64,000 nucleotides of DNA from Phycisphaeraceae bacterium (GTDB taxonomy: Bacteria; Planctomycetota; Phycisphaerae; Phycisphaerales; Phycisphaeraceae): the NCBI GenBank assembly GCA_963674705.1, contig OY771506.1, forward strand, positions 3,456,001 through 3,520,000, given 5' to 3'. This document shows positions 55,199 through 64,000 of the stretch, piece by piece. Made by a program: the position numbers and the translations under genes. Under the pieces are notes generated by a model. That model searched no databases and had not been told where the DNA came from. It was given only the letters and a program-made list of their open reading frames with translations. The number at the start of each line of letters is the position of its first letter. Within the stretch, counting starts at the first letter, position 1.

Positions 55199-55258
55199 CC
55201 CCCCCCCCAACGCCGGTCCTGAGCGAAGCGAAGGTCCGGGCGGTTTTAAGCAGGTGAA
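55197..55258 (+). repeat. ~60 bp palindromic dispersed element (inverted copy of 28370-28429)
   Basis: CCCCAACGCCGGTCCTGAGCGAAGCGAAGGTCCGGGC...GGTGAA. Confidence 0.85.
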
Positions 55259-55288
55259 CAGTAGATCACACTCATCTATTCTCCTGCT

Positions 55289-56233
55289 CTATACACCAAC
55301 CGCCTCCGGTTCGCGGAACAGTTGCAGGTAGTAGTCTTCGAGGTTGGGTTTGCGTGTGGTGACTTCGCGGACGGTCCAACTGTGTTCGTTGGCTTTGTGT
55401 TGCAGTGTTGTAGCTAAATTATCGTTGTTTGTCGGGGCGACTTCGGCGCGGCACCAGCCGGCGTGGGGGGTGACGTCGACATAGCGCACACCGGGCACGG
55501 CCCGCAGCGTTGAACTCACAGCTTCCGGGTCGGCTTCGATATCCATGATGATTCGGTCGCCGCCTTCAACTTTGACGCACAGTTCGTCCGTCGTGCCGTC
55601 CGCGACAAGCTCGCCTTCCTTGAGGATCAGCACGCGGTCGACGGTCTTTTCGATTTCATGCAGGATGTGGCTCGACAGTAGGATCGTGTGTTTGCTGCGC
55701 AGTTCGGCAAGCAACTCGCGGAAGTGTTTGATCTGGTTCGGGTCGAGCCCGGCAGTCGGTTCGTCGAGGAAGAGCACTTCCGGTTCGTGCAATAGCGCCT
55801 GGGCGAGTCCGACACGCTGACGGTTGCCTTTGGAAAGCTGTCCTATCAGGCGACGTCGGATTTTCGTCAGGCCGCAGCGGTCGCAGACATCGCCGATACG
55901 GCGGGTGCGGTCGGTCTTGGTCATCTTCAATAGCTTGCCGCGGTAATTCAGGAATTCCTCGACGCGCATCTCCGGATACAGCGGCGTCGACTCGGGCAAG
56001 TACCCGATGCTGGAGCGTGCGGCATCCGACTGCTTAAGGATGTCATGCCCGGCCACCGTGGCCGAACCCGACGTCGGCGGCAGGTACCCCGTGAGCATCC
56101 GCAGCGTCGTGCTCTTGCCCGCACCGTTAGGCCCGAGGAAACCGACGACCTGACCCTTCTCGATAGAGAAAGTCAGTTCACTGACGGCACGGGTAGGCCC
56201 GAACCACTTGACCAACTGATCAGCTTGAATCAT
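55289..56233 (-). CDS. ABC transporter ATP-binding protein (GldA-like)
   Basis: GPNGAGKST, LSKGNRQR, LFLDEPT, SSHIL. Confidence 0.95.
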   Translation of the reverse strand: MIQADQLVKWFGPTRAVSELTFSIEKGQVVGFLGPNGAGKSTTLRMLTGYLPPTSGSATVAGHDILKQSDAARSSIGYLPESTPLYPEMRVEEFLNYRGKLLKMTKTDRTRRIGDVCDRCGLTKIRRRLIGQLSKGNRQRVGLAQALLHEPEVLFLDEPTAGLDPNQIKHFRELLAELRSKHTILLSSHILHEIEKTVDRVLILKEGELVADGTTDELCVKVEGGDRIIMDIEADPEAVSSTLRAVPGVRYVDVTPHAGWCRAEVAPTNNDNLATTLQHKANEHSWTVREVTTRKPNLEDYYLQLFREPEAVGV

Positions 56234-56408
56234 TTACATACCCCTGCCCCCGGAATCATATTCCGGAGCCTATCCCCGGCTGGTGTCTTTGTTTACTCAT
56301 TGCGAGCCATATAGTCTCCCCTACGCAGGCAGATGGGTCAAGGTTCGGCAGGATCAGGGGTTAGTGGGGGTTTATATCGGAGATAGGTGTGCGTTTTGGC
56401 GACGAGCA

Positions 56409-56611
56409 GGCTCCGAAGGAGCCAAGGGTTGTAGCCACGGGTGAAGCGCAGCGCAACCCGTGGAGGGTGAATCATAATCATTGACTCGCTCCGGCAGGTG
56501 CGAAGGGGCATCGCCTCCGCCCCTGCCGGGGCGGGATATTCTGTGCGTCCTGTTTTCCACGGGTTGCGCTGCGCTTCACACGTGGCTACAGTCCGTCGCC
56601 CCGATGGGGCG
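56409..56611. repeat. Nested palindromic REPIN-like unit, family B (left of transposase)
   Basis: GTAGCCACGGGTGAAGCGCAGCGCAACCCGTGG and inverted copy, with CGCCCC-N3-GGGGCG hairpins. Confidence 0.9.
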
Positions 56612-56636
56612 TAGGAGGACCTACTGCTACACGCGT

Positions 56637-57089
56637 TCAATCAAATACGTATTGCTCATCGAACTCGATCCCGTGTGCTTGTAGCATCCGGATCAGTTCA
56701 GATTTGAAGTCTTCATTGGCGTGATGCTGTGCTTGATTCGCGATGTATTTTTTGACTGCAGGTTCTTGTGATTTACTGACCGAAAAGGCGCTGTAACCTT
56801 CCTGCCACGCGAAGGTACCGAGCGTGGGAAATGTCTCGTGCACCCATCGTGAAGATCGTGACTTCACGGTTCGCATCAGGTCAGAAATCGATGCGTCAGG
56901 TCGCCAGCGTAGAAAGAGATGTACGTGATCGGCTACGCCGCCGATGTCGTACAGTGCGCCCTTTTCGGCGCGGATAATACCGCCAAGGTAGGGGTACAAA
57001 CGTTCTGCGAGGTCGGTTGTTATCCATGGTTCGCGGTGTTTGGTTGAAAATACGACGTGTAAGAGAATCTGAGTATAAGTCCCCGGCAT
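56637..57089 (-). CDS. tnpA: IS200/IS605-family Y1 (HUH) transposase, REP-associated
   Basis: HVVFSTKHRE, DHVHL (HUH), WQEGYSAFSVS, KKYIANQ..HH. Confidence 0.93.
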   Translation of the reverse strand: MPGTYTQILLHVVFSTKHREPWITTDLAERLYPYLGGIIRAEKGALYDIGGVADHVHLFLRWRPDASISDLMRTVKSRSSRWVHETFPTLGTFAWQEGYSAFSVSKSQEPAVKKYIANQAQHHANEDFKSELIRMLQAHGIEFDEQYVFD

Positions 57090-57185
57090 ACGGCTACCCT
57101 TCGTAGATTGTGAGTATATGGATAGATAGGTCACGATACTTCTTCTGTGAATGTAGCGTAAACAGTGGTTGATGCTGTTGCAAAA

Positions 57186-57394
57186 CACCCCGAAGGGGGT
57201 GATGGACTGTAGCCACGGGTGAAGCGAAGCGCAACCCGTGGAAGATGAGGGGTGTAGATAATTTTAATTCGCCCCGGCAGGGGTGAAGGAAACACTCCTC
57301 CGCCCCTGCAGGGGCGGGATATTTTGTGCATCATATTTCCCACGGGTTACGCTGCGCTCCACCCGTGGCTACAACCCGACGCCCCGATGGGGCG
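57186..57394. repeat. Nested palindromic REPIN-like unit, family B (right of transposase)
   Basis: Same module order as 56409-56611, in direct orientation. Confidence 0.9.
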
Positions 57395-57485
57395 ATGACT
57401 GTTGACATTTAGTTTCATGCTGAGGTTACTGAACTGAAGTGTGTGATACAAAATCTACTTGGAACAGATATGATGCTAAAAGCAT

Positions 57486-57770
57486 ATGAAGTCACAACAG
57501 GCTAAAAGCAGATCCGCTTCGTTCACGTTATGGGTCAGTGTATCTATCGTTGTAATGCTTGGCCTTATTGCTGCTGACATATTCTGCCTTTACTGTGCGT
57601 ACGACAACATTTCAACTGCAAGGAATACAGATGATCTGTTTGCCCTTACGCTCTATACGACTGGTATTAAATGGTTAATAGCTACTGGAGTATTGGGGGC
57701 ATGTACTTTAGCAGCGATATTAATTGGATTTACGTATTTCTATTACGGCCGGTCAAGCATGCAAAAATGA
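57486..57770 (+). CDS. AT-rich small hypothetical membrane protein
   Basis: 94 aa, two hydrophobic segments, low GC. Confidence 0.55.
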   Translation: MKSQQAKSRSASFTLWVSVSIVVMLGLIAADIFCLYCAYDNISTARNTDDLFALTLYTTGIKWLIATGVLGACTLAAILIGFTYFYYGRSSMQK

Positions 57771-57801
57771 AGTAAAGTCTGGCCAGTATGGCCTCACTCG
57801 A

Positions 57802-59670
57802 CTAATCCGTTGTTCTGACGACATCCATAAACACCTCCCCGTACCGCTTCAGCTTCGTCTGACCAACACCGGGGATCTGCAAGAACTCTGCGTCGGTGGT
57901 CGGGCGGTTGCGGGCCATGGCTCGTAGGGACTGGTCGCCGAAGACGACGTAGGGGGGGACGTTCTGGTCGGTGGCGAGTTTTCTTCGCAAGGTGCGCAGG
58001 GATTCGAATAGCTCTTGATCGGCGTCGGTTAATGGCGTGTCGTCGGATGAAGCTGCTTTTGTGCTTGATCGCGACTTCAACGGTTCGGCGGCGGCGCGGG
58101 ATTGGGCGATTTCGACTTTGGTTTCGCCTTTCAGGATGGCGAGGCTTCCGGGGGTGAGGTGGGCGGTGCGGTATTCGTCGGCGGTCAGCGCGAGTTGGTC
58201 GTGTTTGATGAGGGTGTGGGCGATGAGGTTCCAGTAGGCTTTGGGTTTGTCCTTGCCGATGCCGTGGACAGAAAGTTCATCGTGGTGGTTTTCGAGAACG
58301 CGCTGGGCGCGTGAGCCGCGCAGGACGTCGGTGACGTAGGTCAGGCCGAAGCGTTGTTCGGTGCGGGCGATGGTGGAAAGCAGTTTTTGGGCGTCTTCGG
58401 TTGCATCTGACAGGACCGGGGGCTTTCGACAGTTATCGCAATGGCCGCAATCGCCGGGGTGCTGCTCACCGAAGTGGCCCAGCAGGGGGATGCAGCGGCA
58501 CCTGGTGGTGTGGGCGAATTTCGCAACTTTTTCGAGCTGTTCGTAGGCGTGTTCGCGTTCGCGTTCATCCTGTTTCTGCTCGATGAAGTATTCGATCTTC
58601 GCGCGGTCGGCGTGAGAGTAGAACAGGATGCAGTCGGCTTCGAGCCCGTCACGACCAGCGCGGCCGGTCTCCTGGTAGTAGCCTTCAAGGTGGCGAGGCA
58701 TGTCGGCGTGAATCACAAATCGCACGTCCGGTTTATCGATGCCCATGCCGAATGCGATCGTTGCGACGATGACGCGCGTGTCGCCGTAGATGAAGTCGTG
58801 TTGATTGCGTTCACGTTCTTCAGTTTCGAGCCCGGCGTGGTAGGGCAGTGCGGCGATGCCTTGATCTCGCAGCTTCTGAGCCATGCGGTCGACGCGTGCC
58901 CGGCTCTGACAGTAGATGATGCCTTCATCGTCGGGATGCGTCAGCAGGTAATCGACGATCTGTCTGAAGGAGTGTTGTTTGGGGCGGACTTCGTAGTAGA
59001 GGTTGGTGCGTTCGAATCCGCCGTGATGCTCGGCCGGTTCGCGAAGGTGCAGCATGTTCTTGATGTCATCAGCGACGCGCGGCGTGGCAGTGGCGGTGAG
59101 CGCGATGAGGGGCGTATCTTTGAAGCGTCCGCCGAAGTTCGTGCGGAGCGTACCGAGTTGGCGGTATTCGGGGCGGAAGTCGTGGCCCCACTCGCTGATG
59201 CAGTGTGCTTCGTCGATGGCGAAACGTGCGACGTCGAGCCTGGCGAGCAGACGACGACCGGCGGCACTCATGAGGCGTTCGGGAGCCATGTAGATGAGGT
59301 CGTATTCGCCGGCGAGGGCCTGTTTCTCGCGGTTGGCGGCTTCATGTGGATCGAGCGTGGAGTTGAGCAGCGTGGCCCGTATGCCGTTAGCGCAGAGCAG
59401 TTCGACCTGGTTCTGCATCAGGGCGATGAGCGGGCAGACGACGATGGTGGTGCCTTCAGTCAGCAGGGCGGGAAGCTGGTAGCAGAGGCTTTTACCGCCG
59501 CCGGTGGGCATGACGACGAAGACGTCCCGGCCGGCGATGACGTCGGCGATGGCCTGATCCTGGATGGGGCGGAGCCTTTCGTGGCCGAAGAATTGCTTCA
59601 ACGGACCGGTGAGGCTAGCCGGATCGGGGCTATGGCTGGCATCCTGCACTGTGCCATGGGTTTGCGTCAT
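57802..59670 (-). CDS. recQ: ATP-dependent DNA helicase RecQ
   Basis: MPTGGGKSLCYQ, DEAHCISEWGHDFRPEY, QETGRAGRDG, CGHCDNC, HRDC domain (VPPYVVF). Confidence 0.97.
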   Translation of the reverse strand: MTQTHGTVQDASHSPDPASLTGPLKQFFGHERLRPIQDQAIADVIAGRDVFVVMPTGGGKSLCYQLPALLTEGTTIVVCPLIALMQNQVELLCANGIRATLLNSTLDPHEAANREKQALAGEYDLIYMAPERLMSAAGRRLLARLDVARFAIDEAHCISEWGHDFRPEYRQLGTLRTNFGGRFKDTPLIALTATATPRVADDIKNMLHLREPAEHHGGFERTNLYYEVRPKQHSFRQIVDYLLTHPDDEGIIYCQSRARVDRMAQKLRDQGIAALPYHAGLETEERERNQHDFIYGDTRVIVATIAFGMGIDKPDVRFVIHADMPRHLEGYYQETGRAGRDGLEADCILFYSHADRAKIEYFIEQKQDEREREHAYEQLEKVAKFAHTTRCRCIPLLGHFGEQHPGDCGHCDNCRKPPVLSDATEDAQKLLSTIARTEQRFGLTYVTDVLRGSRAQRVLENHHDELSVHGIGKDKPKAYWNLIAHTLIKHDQLALTADEYRTAHLTPGSLAILKGETKVEIAQSRAAAEPLKSRSSTKAASSDDTPLTDADQELFESLRTLRRKLATDQNVPPYVVFGDQSLRAMARNRPTTDAEFLQIPGVGQTKLKRYGEVFMDVVRTTD

Positions 59671-59813
59671 AAGCTAGAGCGTACACGATTGCGGAGGGGT
59701 GCACAGATGGGGGTAAAAAACGCCGATGATTTGAATAGATACCCCCCGCCTTGCCGCGAGGCGTAAGCACGGGTATTCTTCCCAATTCGTTTGTACTCAG
59801 GAGTATGTGAGGA

Positions 59814-60287
59814 TTGACCGTGCGGCTGACTGATATCCTGCAACCAGATTGCGTGAAAGTGCCGTTAGAGGGAGACTCCAAGCAGTCGTGCATCTACGAG
59901 TTGATCGATCTGTTGGTCGATCACACGGAGGTGCAGGACTCGGATGCCCTGAAAGAGGCGGTTTGGCAGCGTGAGTTGACCCGGACGACCGGGATCGGCC
60001 ACGGGATCGGTATCCCTCACGGTAAAGCCGCTTGCTGCGATGAGTTACGCATGGCGATCGGTCGGCCGAAGGAACCGCTGGAGTTCGGGGCGATCGACGG
60101 CAAACCGGTCAATCTCATCATCCTGCTCGCATCCCCGCTGGATAAGACCGGTCCGCATATCCAGGCACTCGCCAAGATCAGCCGGCTGCTGGTCAGCGAG
60201 GACCTGCGCGATGCCCTGCAGGAAGCGCCCACCGCGCAGGACCTGTACGACCTGCTGCTGCGGCATGAGAACCAGGCGGCTGTTTAG
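59814..60287 (+). CDS. PTS EIIA (Ntr/fructose-type) domain protein
   Basis: RE..TTGIGHGIGIPHGK, FGAIDGKPV, HIQALAKISR. Confidence 0.92.
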   Translation: MTVRLTDILQPDCVKVPLEGDSKQSCIYELIDLLVDHTEVQDSDALKEAVWQRELTRTTGIGHGIGIPHGKAACCDELRMAIGRPKEPLEFGAIDGKPVNLIILLASPLDKTGPHIQALAKISRLLVSEDLRDALQEAPTAQDLYDLLLRHENQAAV

Positions 60288-60380
60288 GGTTCTGGTATCA
60301 GCAGCTTCATCAAAAACTGGTGAGTTACACAATCGCTATCCGGAAGCGATCGCTGTTCATTTTATTTGGCGAGAGATTGC

Positions 60381-63300
60381 TTACGGCTTTGAATCCGGCG
60401 GGTAGATACGAATGGGGCCACGTATATCGCGTAGCATCTGGGCTGCGGATGAAGCGTAGCCTTCGTAGTCTTGCGGGGGGTGAATACCGGGGATATTGCT
60501 GACCTTTGTGTCAATGAGCAAACGATGTTGCTCGGTTTTTTCCGTAAAGCGGTGGGTGAAGTAAGGTGAATCTTGCGATTGCTCGGGGCGTGCTGCCTCG
60601 AAGCGCCAGCCGTCGGGGGGCGTGATCGATATACGGCTTTCCATGGTGAGGCCCTCTTCAAAGGTGAAGGGGGTGGTGCGTGTGGCCATGGCTACGGGCT
60701 CGAAGTAATAGCGTTCCCACAGAGCGGGGAGTCGACCGATCAAGTGGCCGTCGACAAGATCGAACATGCGATCGATCTGGTAGTTCATTTTTACGATGAG
60801 CGGATTATCGGCTTCATGCAGGTGCTCGATATCTAGCGAAGTTAAGCGTAATGGAGCGTATGACTGCAAGAGGGATTGCAAGTATCGCAGCCGTTCTTCC
60901 GGGCGATCCGGCTCGAAGTATTGCCGCATGTAACCGGCTTTCCAGCCCCGCATCGTGAGAGTTTGCTGGATATGCACATCACCGTCTGCTGTGACTTGTA
61001 AAACGCTGTCGGACTGGATGTGATTGTCAGCGGGTTTTGTTTCGTCTGTTTTGATCAGGCGTGGGTTGTCCGGATCAAGGACAAAGATCCACATGTTGGC
61101 TAGGCCTGGCGGGATGGTGCCGACCATTGGGCAGTATTTGCTGGTGCAGTCCAGGAATTGGCCGCCGTTGATATCGGGGACGTAGACCACCATGTGATTG
61201 AACTGATCGAGTGACGGTAATTCGGGCATCAGTTCGTTGTCGGTGTCTACCAGCGCCAGGTGCGCCTTGATGCCCGCGGCTGTCAGCAGTTGCCAGAGGA
61301 GCAGGGCGTGGTCTTTGCAGTCGCCATACTTGTTGGTAAGGGTTTGGTCAGTCGCATTTGGCATTCGTCCGCGCGAGCCGAACTCGATGGCCGTGTAGCT
61401 GATGTTGTCGCGGACGTATGCGGCGAGGCGGTCGGTTTTTTGTTCGTCATCCGTGGCGGTTTGGAAAGATTCGGAAACGAGCTTGGTGACATCCTCGGTG
61501 ATGGGAAGACGATCTTCGATCTTTTCCAGGTATTCACGACCGAGTTCGGGCCAACTGGCTGACGCGTCGTTGAGCGTGAGGGTTTCGATCCAACGGCTTA
61601 GCGGTGGTTGCAGGACTTCCCATACGTACAGCGGGGCATTATGAATGGCCCATGCTTTGGCTTCGGGGGTGTTCGTGATGTACTCGTAGGCTCCCGTGTC
61701 GTGATAACTGATCGTATCCACATCACCGCTGACGTAGAGCAGCCAGTATCGGCGGGGTTGAGTTGCGATCGCGTAGGAACGTTTGAAGGGGAAGCTGTCG
61801 TAGTCGGCCAGCGTTTCGGTGGTCACCTGGAAACTCAACTCACAACCCGCGACAAGACCCGGTACGGGGACAACGAGCTTCTTGTCATCGGTGCCCATCT
61901 CGTCCTGATGTGTGTCGACGGTGTAGTATGCTTCGAGGTCGCCTGTGGCGAGGAGCTTGCCGTCGGCATCTCGGACCTGCACGTTATTGACGTATAGTTT
62001 TTCCGCTTGCGCATCGAATTCGAACTCCAGCGTGCTGTAGCTTTCGATGCCTGCCCGGTTATTGATCTTGATGACGCGTTCGGTGGTTATCCGCAGGGGC
62101 TCGTTTTTCTCGTAGTGGTACCCGATGATGTAAGACAGGTCGTAGGTGTCCGCGTCCTGCGGTGGTTGCCAGTCGCGAGACTCCAGATCGGCGATCGCAT
62201 TCTTGACATCAGCCGGGGGTGTGACGGGATCGATCGGGCTGCGAACGAGCGTGTTGTCACCTTCGCCCAAAATACTCGAGACGTAGTCGAGGTACTCTTT
62301 GGTGCTGTCGTCTTTTTGTAATTCATAGGATTTGGCGAATGAACTTTTCGCGCGGCGGTACCAGCTTAAACCGAGCTCCGCTTCCCCCTTCAGGTAGTAG
62401 ACGCGGGCGGTGGTATAGCCTCTTTCGATAAGGTCCTCGATGACAGCGATCGCCTGGCGGTCCTGGTCGGCGTCGATGTGGATAGAAGCCAGTTCCATGT
62501 GCAGGGTTTCATCGAACGGGCCTTGCCCGGCGGCGTCATGGATAAGAGCGATGGCTTCGTCGTATTTTTCCTGATCGCAGAGCAGCCATGATCGCAGCAA
62601 TGTGAAGTGTTGATTCTCGTGTTTCGCTTCGTATTCTTCGAGAGCGGCTACGGCCTCATCGGTCCTGTCCAGTGCCCTGAAAGTCTGGATGTAATCCACG
62701 AAGTAGTCTTCGTCTTCGTAGTCTGTATCGAAGACTACTTTGTAAAGTTCGATGGCCTGCTCGTAGCGGTCTTCTATCTGGCCCAACTGAAAAGCGTAGT
62801 TGGCCTTGAAAGCGGGTTCGTCCTGATAGTCATCGAGATGCTGCTCGGTGAAAAGGCGTGCTTCTTCGGCACGGCCCTGATTTTCAAGCGCGTGGATGGT
62901 GTTTTCTGCGTATAGATAGTAAGACGGGTCGGTCTTCATCGCGGAACGGAAGGCGGCCTCCGCCAATTCGTATCGGCCGTCGTTGTAGGCACGCAGACCG
63001 ATCTCGTTCAACAGGTACGATTCGGCTTCAACAAGCCGCTGCATTGTTGCGCGGTCTTGTGTGGGTTCGGCGAATCGGAAACGATCCATCGCGTCGCGGA
63101 TTTTCGGTAGATACTTTTCATCATCGGATGTCACCCAGCCGACCAGCATGTACGCCCGGTATTGATTGCGAAGAACCCGGATGTGATAGATGTACTCGGT
63201 ATCCTCATTGACTCTTCTGGCATCGAGGGCGAAACCTTTTGTGCCGTCGGTTTCAATCGGTCCGGCGTCCGTGATTTCCTTGCTGGGGTAGTCAAAGCCG

Positions 63301-63989
63301 TAGGCGCTGGTTAAGACTGTGATCAGGTCGCGGTCGGTGGGGTTGATATCCTTTAGCGGGATCGTGATAACGGATATCGCGCCGTACTGGCCGTAGAACG
63401 CGGATGCGGAGGAGTTGGGATCGTCTTCGGCGACCGATTCCCACGTGTGCCAGGGGCCGCTGGGCAGATTGACCGAGACACCAATCTCCGGTGCGTCGAT
63501 ACGGCTGATCTTGTGAACGATCCCGGAATCCAGCTCTTGCAGCTTATTGACGGCTGCGGTCAAGGCTCCGCCTATGAATATCAGCAGCATCAGGCTTGAT
63601 AGCGAGATCCCCCAGATAGCTTGTCCACGGCCTTGGACCCAACGCCCTTTTTTAACGGCATACTGAATCAGTCCAACGATGCCCAGGATTAAGGAAGTCA
63701 GGAATAAACCACAGATCAGAAAAAGAAGTATTCCGATGATAACCTTTACCGAGAGGTTGTCGATATCTCTTAGTGCGTTGCAGACCGTCGACAGCAACCA
63801 GCCGATCAGAACGAACATCAGCGAGAGCACGCAAAGCGTGTTCGTTTCCTGGCGTCGCAAAATCATCACACATTTAATGATGCCTGCGAATATCAACAAC
63901 CCAAGCACGAGGGCGACGATATTGCTGAATAAAGCCCCTGAGTCGGCGGTCGCGGCGAGGGACCCGGAAGTACTGCCGGAGTAGAGCAT
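60381..63989 (-). CDS. Membrane-anchored TPR + DUF3857 + transglutaminase-like protein (may extend beyond window)
   Basis: 4 N-terminal TMs, TPR-like repeats, PVPGLVAG, triad GDCKD / FNHMV / FLD; frame stays open to the window edge. Confidence 0.85.
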   Translation of the reverse strand: MLYSGSTSGSLAATADSGALFSNIVALVLGLLIFAGIIKCVMILRRQETNTLCVLSLMFVLIGWLLSTVCNALRDIDNLSVKVIIGILLFLICGLFLTSLILGIVGLIQYAVKKGRWVQGRGQAIWGISLSSLMLLIFIGGALTAAVNKLQELDSGIVHKISRIDAPEIGVSVNLPSGPWHTWESVAEDDPNSSASAFYGQYGAISVITIPLKDINPTDRDLITVLTSAYGFDYPSKEITDAGPIETDGTKGFALDARRVNEDTEYIYHIRVLRNQYRAYMLVGWVTSDDEKYLPKIRDAMDRFRFAEPTQDRATMQRLVEAESYLLNEIGLRAYNDGRYELAEAAFRSAMKTDPSYYLYAENTIHALENQGRAEEARLFTEQHLDDYQDEPAFKANYAFQLGQIEDRYEQAIELYKVVFDTDYEDEDYFVDYIQTFRALDRTDEAVAALEEYEAKHENQHFTLLRSWLLCDQEKYDEAIALIHDAAGQGPFDETLHMELASIHIDADQDRQAIAVIEDLIERGYTTARVYYLKGEAELGLSWYRRAKSSFAKSYELQKDDSTKEYLDYVSSILGEGDNTLVRSPIDPVTPPADVKNAIADLESRDWQPPQDADTYDLSYIIGYHYEKNEPLRITTERVIKINNRAGIESYSTLEFEFDAQAEKLYVNNVQVRDADGKLLATGDLEAYYTVDTHQDEMGTDDKKLVVPVPGLVAGCELSFQVTTETLADYDSFPFKRSYAIATQPRRYWLLYVSGDVDTISYHDTGAYEYITNTPEAKAWAIHNAPLYVWEVLQPPLSRWIETLTLNDASASWPELGREYLEKIEDRLPITEDVTKLVSESFQTATDDEQKTDRLAAYVRDNISYTAIEFGSRGRMPNATDQTLTNKYGDCKDHALLLWQLLTAAGIKAHLALVDTDNELMPELPSLDQFNHMVVYVPDINGGQFLDCTSKYCPMVGTIPPGLANMWIFVLDPDNPRLIKTDETKPADNHIQSDSVLQVTADGDVHIQQTLTMRGWKAGYMRQYFEPDRPEERLRYLQSLLQSYAPLRLTSLDIEHLHEADNPLIVKMNYQIDRMFDLVDGHLIGRLPALWERYYFEPVAMATRTTPFTFEEGLTMESRISITPPDGWRFEAARPEQSQDSPYFTHRFTEKTEQHRLLIDTKVSNIPGIHPPQDYEGYASSAAQMLRDIRGPIRIYPPDSKP

Positions 63990-64000
63990 ATTTTTTCTGC

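Noticed and set aside
50054..56233. Gliding motility system
   Set aside because: GldA/F/G-like ABC modules with DUF4340 occur widely in non-gliding bacteria and no other gld/spr genes are present
56338..56684. Short ORFs overlapping the palindromic units (also 57131-57343)
   Set aside because: Products such as PRVALRFTRGY are translations of REP sequences
56409..57394. Possible CRISPR array
   Set aside because: Repeats are inverted, nested palindromes around a transposase, not regularly spaced direct repeats; no cas genes
58441..59766. Long antisense ORFs (also 2354-3382, 14987-16258, 26778-27788, 10781-11719)
   Set aside because: Shadow frames opposite well-supported genes in high-GC DNA; no motifs

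Overview
GC-rich bacterial chromosomal window. Gene content (three PEP-CTERM proteins plus an exosortase-EpsI/FemAB/TPR locus, a Tat-exported Gfo/Idh/MocA enzyme, a long LepB, mcsA-mcsB, Gld-like ABC + DUF4340) suggests a planctomycete, possibly Phycisphaerae; this is inference. It is mostly housekeeping: nuoB, nuoH, ilvN, lepB, trpC, tsaD, ctpA, radA, ahpC, larE, mutY, purF, recQ. No rRNA, tRNA or CRISPR array was seen. The most interesting signals are non-coding: (1) a probably leaderless 25-codon uORF with alternative antiterminator/terminator pairings upstream of a SAM-dependent methyltransferase; (2) a ~3 kb islet bounded by a degenerate duplication of the mutY 3' end, holding an IS4, an internally deleted REP-associated tyrosine transposase and AT-rich cassette-like fragments separated by a short AATAAA-N8-TCCCC motif; (3) at least three REP/REPIN families plus a Y1 transposase flanked by ~205 bp nested palindromes; (4) paired inverted 7-8 bp tandem arrays and mosaic intergenic regions; (5) a DnaA-box-like cluster and an apparent GC-skew inversion; (6) several apparently leaderless genes. 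All product calls come from motif recognition by eye, with no database searches.
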